NCBI GenBank assembly: GCA_051872335.1
Contig: JBJEDT010000037.1
Span: 151-64,150, forward strand
Direction of reading: 5' to 3'
Length of the DNA stretch: 64,000 nt
Source: Bacilli bacterium
GTDB taxonomy: Bacteria > Bacillota_I > Bacilli_A > RFN20 > CAG-826
In this document: piece by piece, positions 40,822 through 50,892 of the stretch
Layout: each line of letters begins with the position of its first letter
Position numbering within the stretch: the stretch's first letter is position 1
Program-made: the position numbers and the translations under genes
Notes under the pieces: generated by a model
What the model saw: the letters and a program-made list of their open reading frames with translations, nothing else
Database searches by the model: none
Told to the model about the DNA's origin: nothing

Positions 40822-42117
40822 ATGGATTTTGCAGAACATTTAAAAAAATATCTTTCTTCTGATGAGATTAATAAATTAATTACATCTTTTAATGATGAAG
40901 ATGAACATGCTCTTTTATTAAACACTAAAAAAGTTTCAAAAGAGTCTTTTTTAAATATCTTTCCAAATATAATACCTCATCCAATTGTTAAAAATGGTTT
41001 TCTCTATAATAAAGAAGAGTATCAATTTGGTAAAAACTATATGCACGATGCTGGCGTTTATTATCTTCAAGAACCAAGTGCAATGATTGTTGCTCATCTA
41101 TTAAATCCAAATGAAAATGACATTGTGCTTGATATGTGTGCTGCTCCTGGAGGAAAAACAATTCAAAGTAGCCTTTTAATGAATAATGACGGAATTATTA
41201 TAGCAAACGACCTTTCTTATCCACGAGCTAAAATCTTATCTAGTAATGTAGAAAGAATGGGAAGGAAAAATGTTATTGTTACAAGCATGGACTTACATAG
41301 ACTAAATCACTTATTTAAAGGTAAATTTACTAAAATTATTCTTGATGCTCCTTGCTCAGGTTCAGGTATGTTTAGAAAAGATCCAAAATTTATAGAAGAC
41401 TGGACGTATGAAAAAGTATTAAAGTGTTCACAAACTCAAAAAGAACTAATAGATTTAGCTTATGAACTCTTAAAAGATGATGGAACACTAGTATACTCAA
41501 CATGCTCCTATTCATATGAAGAAAATGAAGAAGTTATTCAATATGCTTTAAATAAATATCAAAATTTAGAAATACTTGATATAGAAGAAAACAAATATTT
41601 TAAAACATATCAAAATTTAGGTATTCATCTTTTCCCTTCAATTTTTAAAGGTGAAGGCCATTATATTTGTCTTCTTCACAAAATAGGAAATCCATCATCA
41701 TCAACATTACCTACTATTAAAAGCCAAACAAAATTAACAAAAGATTTATTAAATTTTTTAAATCAATATAACTTAAACTCAAACAATATAATTAACATTA
41801 ATAATTCGATATATCTTCAACCATATAATATGGATTTATCTAATATTTCTACATTAAGAATTGGATTAAAAATATGTGAGATTAATAAAAATAATATTGT
41901 TCCAGATTATGCCTTAAGTCATTATTTAGATAGTAGTAATTCTATCGAATTAACGGAAGTTCAAAAAGATATGTATTTACATGGTGAAACATTTTCAATT
42001 GATAAAAAACTTTCAAATGGTTACTATATAGTTTCCTATAATCGCATTAATCTAGGTTTTGTAAAATATGTTGATGGCATACTAAAAAACCATTACCCTA
42101 AAGGATTAAGACATTAA
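40822..42117 (+). CDS. rsmF: RsmF/YebU-like rRNA m5C methyltransferase
   Basis: YLQEPSAM, DMCAAPGGKT, DAPCSGSGM, YSTCS, LKNHYPKGLR. Confidence 0.88.
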   Translation: MDFAEHLKKYLSSDEINKLITSFNDEDEHALLLNTKKVSKESFLNIFPNIIPHPIVKNGFLYNKEEYQFGKNYMHDAGVYYLQEPSAMIVAHLLNPNENDIVLDMCAAPGGKTIQSSLLMNNDGIIIANDLSYPRAKILSSNVERMGRKNVIVTSMDLHRLNHLFKGKFTKIILDAPCSGSGMFRKDPKFIEDWTYEKVLKCSQTQKELIDLAYELLKDDGTLVYSTCSYSYEENEEVIQYALNKYQNLEILDIEENKYFKTYQNLGIHLFPSIFKGEGHYICLLHKIGNPSSSTLPTIKSQTKLTKDLLNFLNQYNLNSNNIININNSIYLQPYNMDLSNISTLRIGLKICEINKNNIVPDYALSHYLDSSNSIELTEVQKDMYLHGETFSIDKKLSNGYYIVSYNRINLGFVKYVDGILKNHYPKGLRH

Positions 42118-42150
42118 AAAATCATGTATGATAAATTAATCAATTTATCG

Positions 42151-42933
42151 CTACATGATTTTTTTTAATTTCGGATTTAATTCTTTAATTAGTTGTGGTT
42201 CTAAATATCTTAAACGTTTATGCTCTTCACGAACTAATTTTTCAACATGTTTTGCTAATTCGATGGAAGTCATATCCTTGTATTCTTCATAAGTGATTGG
42301 CTTTAAGAAAGAAAATTGAATAGGATAATATTTCATTTTAGCTTTATTATTAAAAATTCTCCATGTTCCAGATAAGGCAACAGGAATTATTGATTTTTTT
42401 GAATTCATTGCAATTTTAAAAGTTCCATATTTAAAGTCATCAACTTCGAAATTTTCCAAACGGCTTCTTGTTCCTTCTGGAAAAACTGTCCAAGATTTAT
42501 TACCATCCTCTAAATCTTTTGTAACTCTTTTAATAACTTTTAGTGATTGTCTTAAATCTTCTCTTTTCATGAATTCACCATCGATGATCTCAATAGCTTG
42601 ACATACAAAAGGCATCTTTTTGACTTCGTATTTAGATATAAAAGATAAAGGTTGTTCCAAGATCATAATTTGAATTAATGGATCAAATACACTTTGATGA
42701 TTTGGTGTAAATAAATATTGTTCATTAGGATTAACGTTCTCTAAACCATTAACATAGATTTTCATATTTAATCTTTTTCCTAATTCAACTAATAAATTTC
42801 TCATTTTATTATATCTTTTTGAAATTGGCCTTTTTTCAGGATGTTTTGCATAGCGAAGCATCCAACCAAAAAAGTTTTTTATTACGAACCAACCATTTTT
42901 CAAAACAATAATCAAAAACTTCATCTTGTACAC
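42151..42933 (-). CDS. plsC: 1-acyl-sn-glycerol-3-phosphate acyltransferase
   Basis: NHQSVFD and FPEGTRS motifs. Confidence 0.88.
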   Translation of the reverse strand: MYKMKFLIIVLKNGWFVIKNFFGWMLRYAKHPEKRPISKRYNKMRNLLVELGKRLNMKIYVNGLENVNPNEQYLFTPNHQSVFDPLIQIMILEQPLSFISKYEVKKMPFVCQAIEIIDGEFMKREDLRQSLKVIKRVTKDLEDGNKSWTVFPEGTRSRLENFEVDDFKYGTFKIAMNSKKSIIPVALSGTWRIFNNKAKMKYYPIQFSFLKPITYEEYKDMTSIELAKHVEKLVREEHKRLRYLEPQLIKELNPKLKKIM

Positions 42934-42968
42934 CTCACTTTTTATAATATACCACTATGTAAAATAAA

Positions 42969-43259
42969 TTAAAATAAATTTGTATTTTTTGGTGGTGGCA
43001 ATAAGTATTCAAGAGCCTCAACCAAAATATAAGCCCCTATTTCATCATCTGATTCAATTCGTCCTTTTATAGAGACAAATGATCCATCAGAAAGTCGTGT
43101 CATTTCATTATTAGACAAACGATTCCAATAAACACACGGAATATCTTCAAATTTAACATCGTTTGAATCTCTTCTTTTTAAACTATCAATACGAATAATA
43201 CGAACATTATCTTTAATTTTAGAACCAAGAAAACCATTCAACCACACAAAACTTGCCAT
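42969..43259 (-). CDS. Short SSB-like OB-fold protein
   Basis: VWLNGFL, DIPCVYW, GSFVSIKGRIES pattern; SD AAAGGAG. Confidence 0.55.
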   Translation of the reverse strand: MASFVWLNGFLGSKIKDNVRIIRIDSLKRRDSNDVKFEDIPCVYWNRLSNNEMTRLSDGSFVSIKGRIESDDEIGAYILVEALEYLLPPPKNTNLF

Positions 43260-43321
43260 AATATTTTCTCCTTTATGGTAAGTATAAACGAATAATTTTT
43301 CAAAAAAGTCTCAAATTAGTC

Positions 43322-45445
43322 TCATTTTTTAACAACAATTACAAGAGTTAATGGATTAATCATCAAAGATTGTGAATATAATTCATCTTTCATAATTCCA
43401 GCTTCATTATATAAAACTTGATAATAATCACCTAAATCATAATAAGTAGTTTTATAGCTTGGATTAATAATTATTTTAAATTCGGAATAAGGTTTAATTA
43501 ATTCTTTATTAATGTACTTAATAACTAATCCACAGTTATCAATATTTTCAAATTCAATGCTATCTTTAATTAATTGAGCATCACTTATTCTTAAGAATTC
43601 AAATTGTTTCCTTATTTTAATACAGTCATTAATACTCTTAACCATCCATTTGCGATCTTCCATTTTTGAATAATCAAATTGATTAAAACGATCGCCGAGA
43701 TTATAAGTGTTATGTTCGCCAAACTTAGATAAACCAATCTCTTGTCCCATATGAATAAAAGGAACACCGTGTGATAAAAGAATTACTTGAGTAATTAAAG
43801 AAACTCTTTTAAGTTTTTGACGAGGACTATCAAATTTATTAGTAACATCAATTTTATCAAATAATGTTTCATTATCATGACATTCTACATAGTTAATTGA
43901 AAAATTTGCATTATTGAATTTATGATTAAAACAGTAATTTGTACATGTACCTAATAAAGCATATTTAAAACCTTCAAGAAAGGATTCATCTCCTGTTAAG
44001 AATCCTTTTTCAGTTACATCATCCATTGAACGTCCTTTTACTATATCACGATATACATCATTAAAATGAGCAATTTTAGGTGTTTTTTCATAATTAAAAA
44101 TAGTTGCTCTATTAGAAGATGGATAAATAGAAGGCATATCCCATCCTTCACCATAGAACATTAATCCTTCTTTAATTTTCAAACATTCATTTACTAGCGT
44201 ATTCATTGTATCAACATCTATTAACCCCATTAAGTCAAAACGGAATCCATCGATATTATATTCTTTAACCCAAAATTTACATGAGTCTACAATAAATTTA
44301 GAACACATCTTACGTTCACTAGCAAGTTCATTTCCACAAAAAGATCCATTTGATAAAACACCATTTTTATCTCTTCTAAAATAATAATTAGGTGTTAATT
44401 TTTCAAAAGCAGATAAATTTACATCATACATATGATTATAAACAACATCCATATTTACTTTAATTTTACTAACATGCAATTTATCTACTAATTGTTTAAA
44501 TTCATTAATTCGACAATATGGATCATTAGGATTAGAAGAATAACTACCTTCTAAAACATTAAATTGAGCAGGGTCGTAACCCCAATTGTATTTTTTTAAT
44601 GGATCAAGTTCATCTATTGTCCAGAAATCTTCAACAGGTAAAAGTTGTAAGTGAGTGATACCTAATTTAATTAAGTGTTCTAATCCAGCTAAAGCTCCAT
44701 CACTACTAGTTCTATTTTCCTCTACTACCCCTAAGTATTTGCCTTTATTTACGACGTTTGTTTGAGAATAACTTGTTAAGTCTCTTACAGAAGCTTCATA
44801 AATTATAGCATCTGTATATTGTTTTAAAGGTTCTAATGCTTTTGCTTTAAATAGATAAGTTTTTGAAAAATCAATAACTGCTGAATATTCTGAATTAGCA
44901 GTAGATGCTTTTGCATATGGATCAGTTGAAACATTCTTAATGCCATTAATTGTCGTCGAAAATAAATATCTATAACCATCTAGATTACCTTTAATAGTTT
45001 CTTTAAAAACACCGCAATCTTCTCTTGTCATAACATATTCTTTAATGGCATTACGTTTATTAATAATTTGTACCGTTGCAGATGTTGCAAGAGGTGACCA
45101 TAATTTAAAGATTGTTTCTTTTTTTGAATATGTAAAACCTAAATCATCACCATCATAAAAGAATTTTTCATCAATTATCTTTTCAGACATAATCATTGTA
45201 ACATCTATAAATTCTATATCATCTTGAATTTTTACTTTATAACATCCACCAAAAAGAAATGATTGGACATGAACAAGAAAAATATCAAAATTATCTTTGG
45301 AATCTTTTCTTTGTAATTCACTTGTTTCTATTTTTTCATCATTACAAAAAATTTCAACGTGATTAACATAATCACGTAATGAATGATTAATACTTAATTC
45401 AATAGTATTTAAATTTAAAAATTTTGCACTTAAGTTATTACTCAT
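43322..45445 (-). CDS. pulA: Type I pullulanase (GH13)
   Basis: YNWGYDP, DVVYNH, DGFRFDLMG, YGEGW, YVECHDN. Confidence 0.93.
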   Translation of the reverse strand: MSNNLSAKFLNLNTIELSINHSLRDYVNHVEIFCNDEKIETSELQRKDSKDNFDIFLVHVQSFLFGGCYKVKIQDDIEFIDVTMIMSEKIIDEKFFYDGDDLGFTYSKKETIFKLWSPLATSATVQIINKRNAIKEYVMTREDCGVFKETIKGNLDGYRYLFSTTINGIKNVSTDPYAKASTANSEYSAVIDFSKTYLFKAKALEPLKQYTDAIIYEASVRDLTSYSQTNVVNKGKYLGVVEENRTSSDGALAGLEHLIKLGITHLQLLPVEDFWTIDELDPLKKYNWGYDPAQFNVLEGSYSSNPNDPYCRINEFKQLVDKLHVSKIKVNMDVVYNHMYDVNLSAFEKLTPNYYFRRDKNGVLSNGSFCGNELASERKMCSKFIVDSCKFWVKEYNIDGFRFDLMGLIDVDTMNTLVNECLKIKEGLMFYGEGWDMPSIYPSSNRATIFNYEKTPKIAHFNDVYRDIVKGRSMDDVTEKGFLTGDESFLEGFKYALLGTCTNYCFNHKFNNANFSINYVECHDNETLFDKIDVTNKFDSPRQKLKRVSLITQVILLSHGVPFIHMGQEIGLSKFGEHNTYNLGDRFNQFDYSKMEDRKWMVKSINDCIKIRKQFEFLRISDAQLIKDSIEFENIDNCGLVIKYINKELIKPYSEFKIIINPSYKTTYYDLGDYYQVLYNEAGIMKDELYSQSLMINPLTLVIVVKK

Positions 45446-45758
45446 TAACTAATACCACAGCTATAGCATAATCTCCATCATGTGAAATAGAGACATCATA
45501 TTGCTTATCTCTAAATAATAGAATAGGACAATTATTAATATCATAAACAACAGAAATTTCTTTAAAGTTAAGGTCTTTGATTTTGCCATTATTAGCTTTT
45601 ATGAATGCCTCTTTAGAAGCAAATCTACCAGCTAAGAATTCAGCTTTTTTAGTTCTTTTCTCATAAATTTTATATTCATCGATACTAAGAATTCTTTTAG
45701 CTAAACTATCTTTATTTTCATATCTAGGGATATAACAAATATCAACACCAATTCCCAT
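45438..45758 (-). CDS. acpS: Holo-ACP synthase
   Basis: GIGVDI, LAGRFASKEA, SISHD. Confidence 0.92.
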   Translation of the reverse strand: MGIGVDICYIPRYENKDSLAKRILSIDEYKIYEKRTKKAEFLAGRFASKEAFIKANNGKIKDLNFKEISVVYDINNCPILLFRDKQYDVSISHDGDYAIAVVLVNE

Positions 45759-45760
45759 AG

Positions 45761-47017
45761 CTAATTTCCTTTCTTTGAAATAATATGAACACTTGGAGTG
45801 CCAAGTTTAATCTCACCTATTAATTTTAATACATCTTTGTATTTTATGCTAGTAATTGCATTCAATCTTTCAAATAAATTTGATGAAATTGCATATTCAC
45901 CAGCAAATTCCATACATACATTTTCTGGAACAGTTAATGTCGATATAGCCATTCCTAAAATATGTTTCTTTTGACGTTCAAATATGTCTTTTGAAACATA
46001 CTTTTCAAGATTTTTTATAATTTCTTTCAATTGTTTAATAAAGCGACTCGAGTTTTTAGTAATACTTTCAATAGAAAATATTGCATAATCCTTACATAAA
46101 ATGAACCCACCATAAACAGGAGAATCTGAACCCTTATTCTCTCTAATTTCTTTACATAACCTTGCTGAATCAGTAAACAAAACATTTTCTGTTATTGATA
46201 ATAATGCCAAAAATTCTGAATTAGTCATTTTAAATTTATCTTTTAAAGTAAGTGGAATCTTTATACCTAAAGTATTAAGTGGTATTGGTACATCCATATT
46301 AGTATGCTTGTAATCTCTACTAATTTGAGAAGTTTCCTTTCTTTCTCCAAAGACTATTTTATGATTATATTGAGTATCATTAATTTTTAATTTATTTAAC
46401 TTTGAAACAAAATTTTTTGGTAAGTCCCCTGCAACTATAAGAGTTAACTGATTGACATTATAAAATGATTCAAAAACTAATTTTAAATGATTTAAAGTGG
46501 TTCTTTTAATATCTTTTTCATCGCCAACGATATCCTTTTTAATATTGTCAAAGACAAAAAGATTATCAAGTAAACCTGATGATAGTCTATTATTAGGTTC
46601 ATCATATTTCATTTTCATTTCTTGGATAATAATCTTTTTTTCATTTTCTACTTGCTCTTCTTTAAATTGCAAATTTGTTGTCATATCAAATAGAACTTGA
46701 ATACCCTTTAGCATATTTTTGGTACAACTAAAATAATAACAAGTATAATCAAAAGTAGTGTAAGCATTAGAATCACAACCTACTTCACTAAGTAACTGAA
46801 AGGCATCACCTTTAATAGTATCAAATAAACGATGCTCTAAAAAATGAGCAATACCTGTAGGTATTTCAACATCATCAATAGTTAATGGACATATACGACC
46901 ACCTACTGGAGCTATAATACATGCACAATTACTTTTATAACCAGGTGTCCTTAATAAAATTGTTTTTAGACCACTTTTTAATTTAACTTCTTCAACACCA
47001 ATACCATAATTATTCAT
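45761..47017 (-). CDS. ymfH: M16 zinc peptidase (YmfH-like)
   Basis: GIAHFLEH, NAYT, EKKIIIQE. Confidence 0.82.
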   Translation of the reverse strand: MNNYGIGVEEVKLKSGLKTILLRTPGYKSNCACIIAPVGGRICPLTIDDVEIPTGIAHFLEHRLFDTIKGDAFQLLSEVGCDSNAYTTFDYTCYYFSCTKNMLKGIQVLFDMTTNLQFKEEQVENEKKIIIQEMKMKYDEPNNRLSSGLLDNLFVFDNIKKDIVGDEKDIKRTTLNHLKLVFESFYNVNQLTLIVAGDLPKNFVSKLNKLKINDTQYNHKIVFGERKETSQISRDYKHTNMDVPIPLNTLGIKIPLTLKDKFKMTNSEFLALLSITENVLFTDSARLCKEIRENKGSDSPVYGGFILCKDYAIFSIESITKNSSRFIKQLKEIIKNLEKYVSKDIFERQKKHILGMAISTLTVPENVCMEFAGEYAISSNLFERLNAITSIKYKDVLKLIGEIKLGTPSVHIISKKGN

Positions 47018-48233
47018 GCTTCTTTGTTCCTTTCACAACTGAATAGCCAATATATTTTAAATTTTTAGCTAAGTCATTAATATTTTTCATAGATACTCTC
47101 TTTATTTCATTAGAAATTACTTTTTCATCAAATAACCTTCCTGTTAAAGTGTAGGAAACAAGAATTCTTAGTAATCTACTTGGATCTTCATAAACGGTAT
47201 CAAGTGAAGTAAAAAACATTTGCTTTGCGACTTTTAATTCCTCTTGTGTAAAACTTATACTATTAATCAAATCTTTAATACTTGTTATAGCTTCATTAAT
47301 TTTATCATCATTGACACCAAGCATAATATATAAAAGTCCATATTTAAAAGATATATTACTTGAAATTGTATAGCACAAACCACGTTTTTCACGTATTTCT
47401 TTAAATAACTTTGATGTACCAGATTCACCTAACATATTTGAAAATATTAAAGATATCTTTTCATTCTTAAATAAATTTTTATCAAATTTATATAACATTA
47501 AAATTTGAGTCTGTTCGACGTCTTTTTCCTTTATAATGCTTATTTCTTTATCGGTCGATATTTGTTTATAATTAATTACATTAAATGAATTTGTAATATT
47601 AAAATATCTTCCTAAAACATTTATGACTTTTTGTTTATCAACAATACCTACAAGATAGCAAGTAAATGAAAGTGATTTTATAATATCTTGTATATCATAA
47701 ATATCTTTAATCGTTACATTTTTTATTTCTTTTATTGATCCATATTTCTCTACATTAATAGATAAATTCTTATCAATGGCTTCAAACATATTTTTCCTAC
47801 AAATATATGGTGGTTCATTAATTCTATTTTTAATTGAATTTATGTAAGATACTTTTTCATGTTCTAAAAATTTTTCTTTAAATCTTTTTTTATTATCATC
47901 AAAAACAAAATCTTTTACAAATGAACAAACACTTTCAAACAAAGTTGAGTCATTAACATATGAATCTTCTACAGTAAGAAATTGAATATTAATATTAATC
48001 AAATCTTGTTCAATTGTGTGATAGATAGCCATTCGTAAGCCATATAAATTTTCTTGTTGAGCAATGATTTTTTCTTTTGTTGGGAAAGATGTAGTTCCAT
48101 AAAAGGCAATGCGTTCAAACATTGTAAGTTTAGCTAAATATTCTTTTTTTAGTGGTAAACTAGCATTAAGTAAAACCACATTTTCTCTAAATTTTATATC
48201 ATTAATATATTTAAAGCTTTCTTTTTTTATCAT
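47010..48233 (-). CDS. ymfF: M16 peptidase non-catalytic partner (YmfF-like)
   Basis: SKLFKEIREKRGLCY; no HXXEH; paired with ymfH after ftsK. Confidence 0.75.
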   Translation of the reverse strand: MIKKESFKYINDIKFRENVVLLNASLPLKKEYLAKLTMFERIAFYGTTSFPTKEKIIAQQENLYGLRMAIYHTIEQDLININIQFLTVEDSYVNDSTLFESVCSFVKDFVFDDNKKRFKEKFLEHEKVSYINSIKNRINEPPYICRKNMFEAIDKNLSINVEKYGSIKEIKNVTIKDIYDIQDIIKSLSFTCYLVGIVDKQKVINVLGRYFNITNSFNVINYKQISTDKEISIIKEKDVEQTQILMLYKFDKNLFKNEKISLIFSNMLGESGTSKLFKEIREKRGLCYTISSNISFKYGLLYIMLGVNDDKINEAITSIKDLINSISFTQEELKVAKQMFFTSLDTVYEDPSRLLRILVSYTLTGRLFDEKVISNEIKRVSMKNINDLAKNLKYIGYSVVKGTKKHE

Positions 48234-48239
48234 TAAAAA

Positions 48240-50786
48240 CTAATCCTTTCTTTTATTAACTTTACATTTACTAGCATTACCACCGGTTGTATTTTCAATA
48301 ACAATACCTTCTTCTTTTAACTTGTCAAATATTCTTGCAGCTCTTAAAAACCCAAATCCAAATTTTCTTTGAATTAAAGAGCATGATACTTCTTCAAGTG
48401 TTAATACATATTGTTTTACTTCATCATATTTCTCATCAATAGATCTCGATTGAAAACTATTTTCATTATTTAAATTTTCATTTTCACGCAAATCTAAAAA
48501 ATTACGGTCATAATTAGTAGGATAATTGTCACGTAAAAAATCAACAACTCTTCTAATTTCACCATTATCAACATAAGGACATTGTAAACGTGTTAAACCG
48601 ACACCTTCTATTTCTGGACTATCTACTAATAAATCTCCATAACCCAATAATTTTTCGGCACCACCTTCGCCTAAAATAGTTAAAGAATCAACAGCTTGTG
48701 CAACACGTAATGCAACTCTAGAAGGAAGGTTTGCTTTTATGACCCCTGTTATTACATTAACAGAAGGACGTTGAGTAGAAATTACCATATGTATTCCTGC
48801 AGCACGCGACTTTTGAGCTAAGCGTACAACAGGAGTTGAAATATCTTTATATCCTTCAACTAAATCTGCATACTCATCAATAATTACAACAATTATAGGT
48901 AACGGTTTTAAATCATGTTTTATTGCATATTCATTGTATTGTGAAATTTTTGAAACACCTGCTTGTTCAAAAAGACAGTATCTTTCCTCAGTTTCATTTA
49001 CTAATTTATTAAGTGCAATTTTAGCCTTTAAATTATCTGTAATAATTGGACATAATAAGTGAGGCATCTCTTTATACTTACTCATTTCAACATGTTTAGG
49101 ATCTATAAGTAATATCTTTAAATCTTCAGGTTTTGTCTTCATAATTAAAGACATAATTAAATTATGAATAAAAATTGATTTCCCAGAACCTGTAGCTCCA
49201 GCCACTAATAAATGAGGAAAATCAGTAATATTAACAGCGACAATATCTCCAGTTATGTTTTTACCTAAAGGAACTTTAAATTTGTTATTTTTATTATTTA
49301 AATAAGGAAGGATACATTCTTTAAAAGATACCATTGTTGATTTTTTATTTGGTATCTCTAAACCCGATGTATTCATACCCGAGACAACTTTTTCAAAACG
49401 AGCATTTACGCCACCTAATCTTATAGCAACATCATCAATATATTTACTTACTGTATTTACAGAAACATTAGGATCCGTAGTGACTTCAAATCTTGTAACA
49501 GATGGTCCAATCTTATAACCAGTAATCTTAGCACCTATTTGAAAGTCTTTAAAAATTGCATTAATTTTTTCTTGTCTTACAATTGATGCATTATTATTTT
49601 CAACATGAACATCGTTATTTTCATAATCATTCAATAATTCAATTGATGGATAAATAAAATTATCATCAATTTCTTTATACATATCTTTAGAATTTTTAAT
49701 AATAGGGATTGGTTGAGAATGAGAAAAAGCATCATCAATAATAACTTTTTTATCTTCAATATTATTTTTATGTTCACCCTCTAATTCATCATCATCGACC
49801 ATAATATCTTCTGCTTGCTTTTCTTCAGACTTTTCTTCTCTTATTTCCTCTTTAAAAACATTAGCAGGTGCATTAGAAATTAAAACAGGATCTTCATCAA
49901 TATCTTCAGCTAATATGGGAAAGTCATCATCTTTTTGATCAGATAATGACACACTATTCTTTCCTTCGTTTGGAGAAAAAGTTTCTTCTTGTAATTTAAA
50001 TTGAGCTTTTTCTGCCGTTACAGTTGGACTAACTCCAGGTTCTCTTTTTATTGGGTTTAAATTATAACAATTATTCTCATTAATTATAAAAGACGAATCG
50101 TCATTTTGTTCAATGATAGTTGTTTCCTTCTTTGGTTTAACAGCTTCTTCTTTGATAATTTTAGTTTCTTTTGCAACATAATTATTCTCTTTAGCAATTC
50201 TTTTCTTCTCTGCTCTAAATTTGATTGCATCAATTAAAGATTTAATTGGATTATAAATAATTAAACTTGCTCCAACTAAAATAAGTAACAAATATACAAT
50301 AGTAGTTCCTATATGAGTAATAGCTGTATTCAATAAAGCAGCTAAAAAATATCCTAAAAATCCACCACCTAATGCTATCGTATCACTTAAAGATTCAATT
50401 GCAAAAGGAGTAATTTGAAAAGATGACATTTTAAATTCAGATAACATATTTTTTAATACTAAAGTTTCACTATTTGAAGAAGAAATAATTAAACCCACTA
50501 GTAATAGAATACATCCTAAAAGTGAAGAATTAATTTTAATGATGTAAGCTCTTCTTTTAACGATTAAATACAAACCATAAATTAACAACATTAAAAAAGG
50601 AATAAAACAAAATACACCAAATGCATATGCAAAAATGTAGAAAAGAAAATGACCTACAGGTCCAGTATTAAGAAGACCTATAAGCGCAACTAAACAAAGC
50701 ATGACTCCTAATAGAATCATCTCTGTGTCTTTTGATAAAAAATTATTTCCTTGATTCCCATTTGGTATTTTCTTATCGTTTGCCAT
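48240..50786 (-). CDS. ftsK: DNA translocase FtsK/SpoIIIE
   Basis: N-terminal TM helices, PHLLVAGATGSGKS, TQRPSV, gamma domain SLIQRKFGFGFLRAAR. Confidence 0.94.
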   Translation of the reverse strand: MANDKKIPNGNQGNNFLSKDTEMILLGVMLCLVALIGLLNTGPVGHFLFYIFAYAFGVFCFIPFLMLLIYGLYLIVKRRAYIIKINSSLLGCILLLVGLIISSSNSETLVLKNMLSEFKMSSFQITPFAIESLSDTIALGGGFLGYFLAALLNTAITHIGTTIVYLLLILVGASLIIYNPIKSLIDAIKFRAEKKRIAKENNYVAKETKIIKEEAVKPKKETTIIEQNDDSSFIINENNCYNLNPIKREPGVSPTVTAEKAQFKLQEETFSPNEGKNSVSLSDQKDDDFPILAEDIDEDPVLISNAPANVFKEEIREEKSEEKQAEDIMVDDDELEGEHKNNIEDKKVIIDDAFSHSQPIPIIKNSKDMYKEIDDNFIYPSIELLNDYENNDVHVENNNASIVRQEKINAIFKDFQIGAKITGYKIGPSVTRFEVTTDPNVSVNTVSKYIDDVAIRLGGVNARFEKVVSGMNTSGLEIPNKKSTMVSFKECILPYLNNKNNKFKVPLGKNITGDIVAVNITDFPHLLVAGATGSGKSIFIHNLIMSLIMKTKPEDLKILLIDPKHVEMSKYKEMPHLLCPIITDNLKAKIALNKLVNETEERYCLFEQAGVSKISQYNEYAIKHDLKPLPIIVVIIDEYADLVEGYKDISTPVVRLAQKSRAAGIHMVISTQRPSVNVITGVIKANLPSRVALRVAQAVDSLTILGEGGAEKLLGYGDLLVDSPEIEGVGLTRLQCPYVDNGEIRRVVDFLRDNYPTNYDRNFLDLRENENLNNENSFQSRSIDEKYDEVKQYVLTLEEVSCSLIQRKFGFGFLRAARIFDKLKEEGIVIENTTGGNASKCKVNKRKD

Positions 50787-50892
50787 CTTTTTCTCCTTGA
50801 TTTATTATAACACACTCAAAAATCAATTAAATATTTTTATATAATTTTTGAAAAAAATATTATTATTTTAAAAGAGTAGGTGTTACTTCCAC

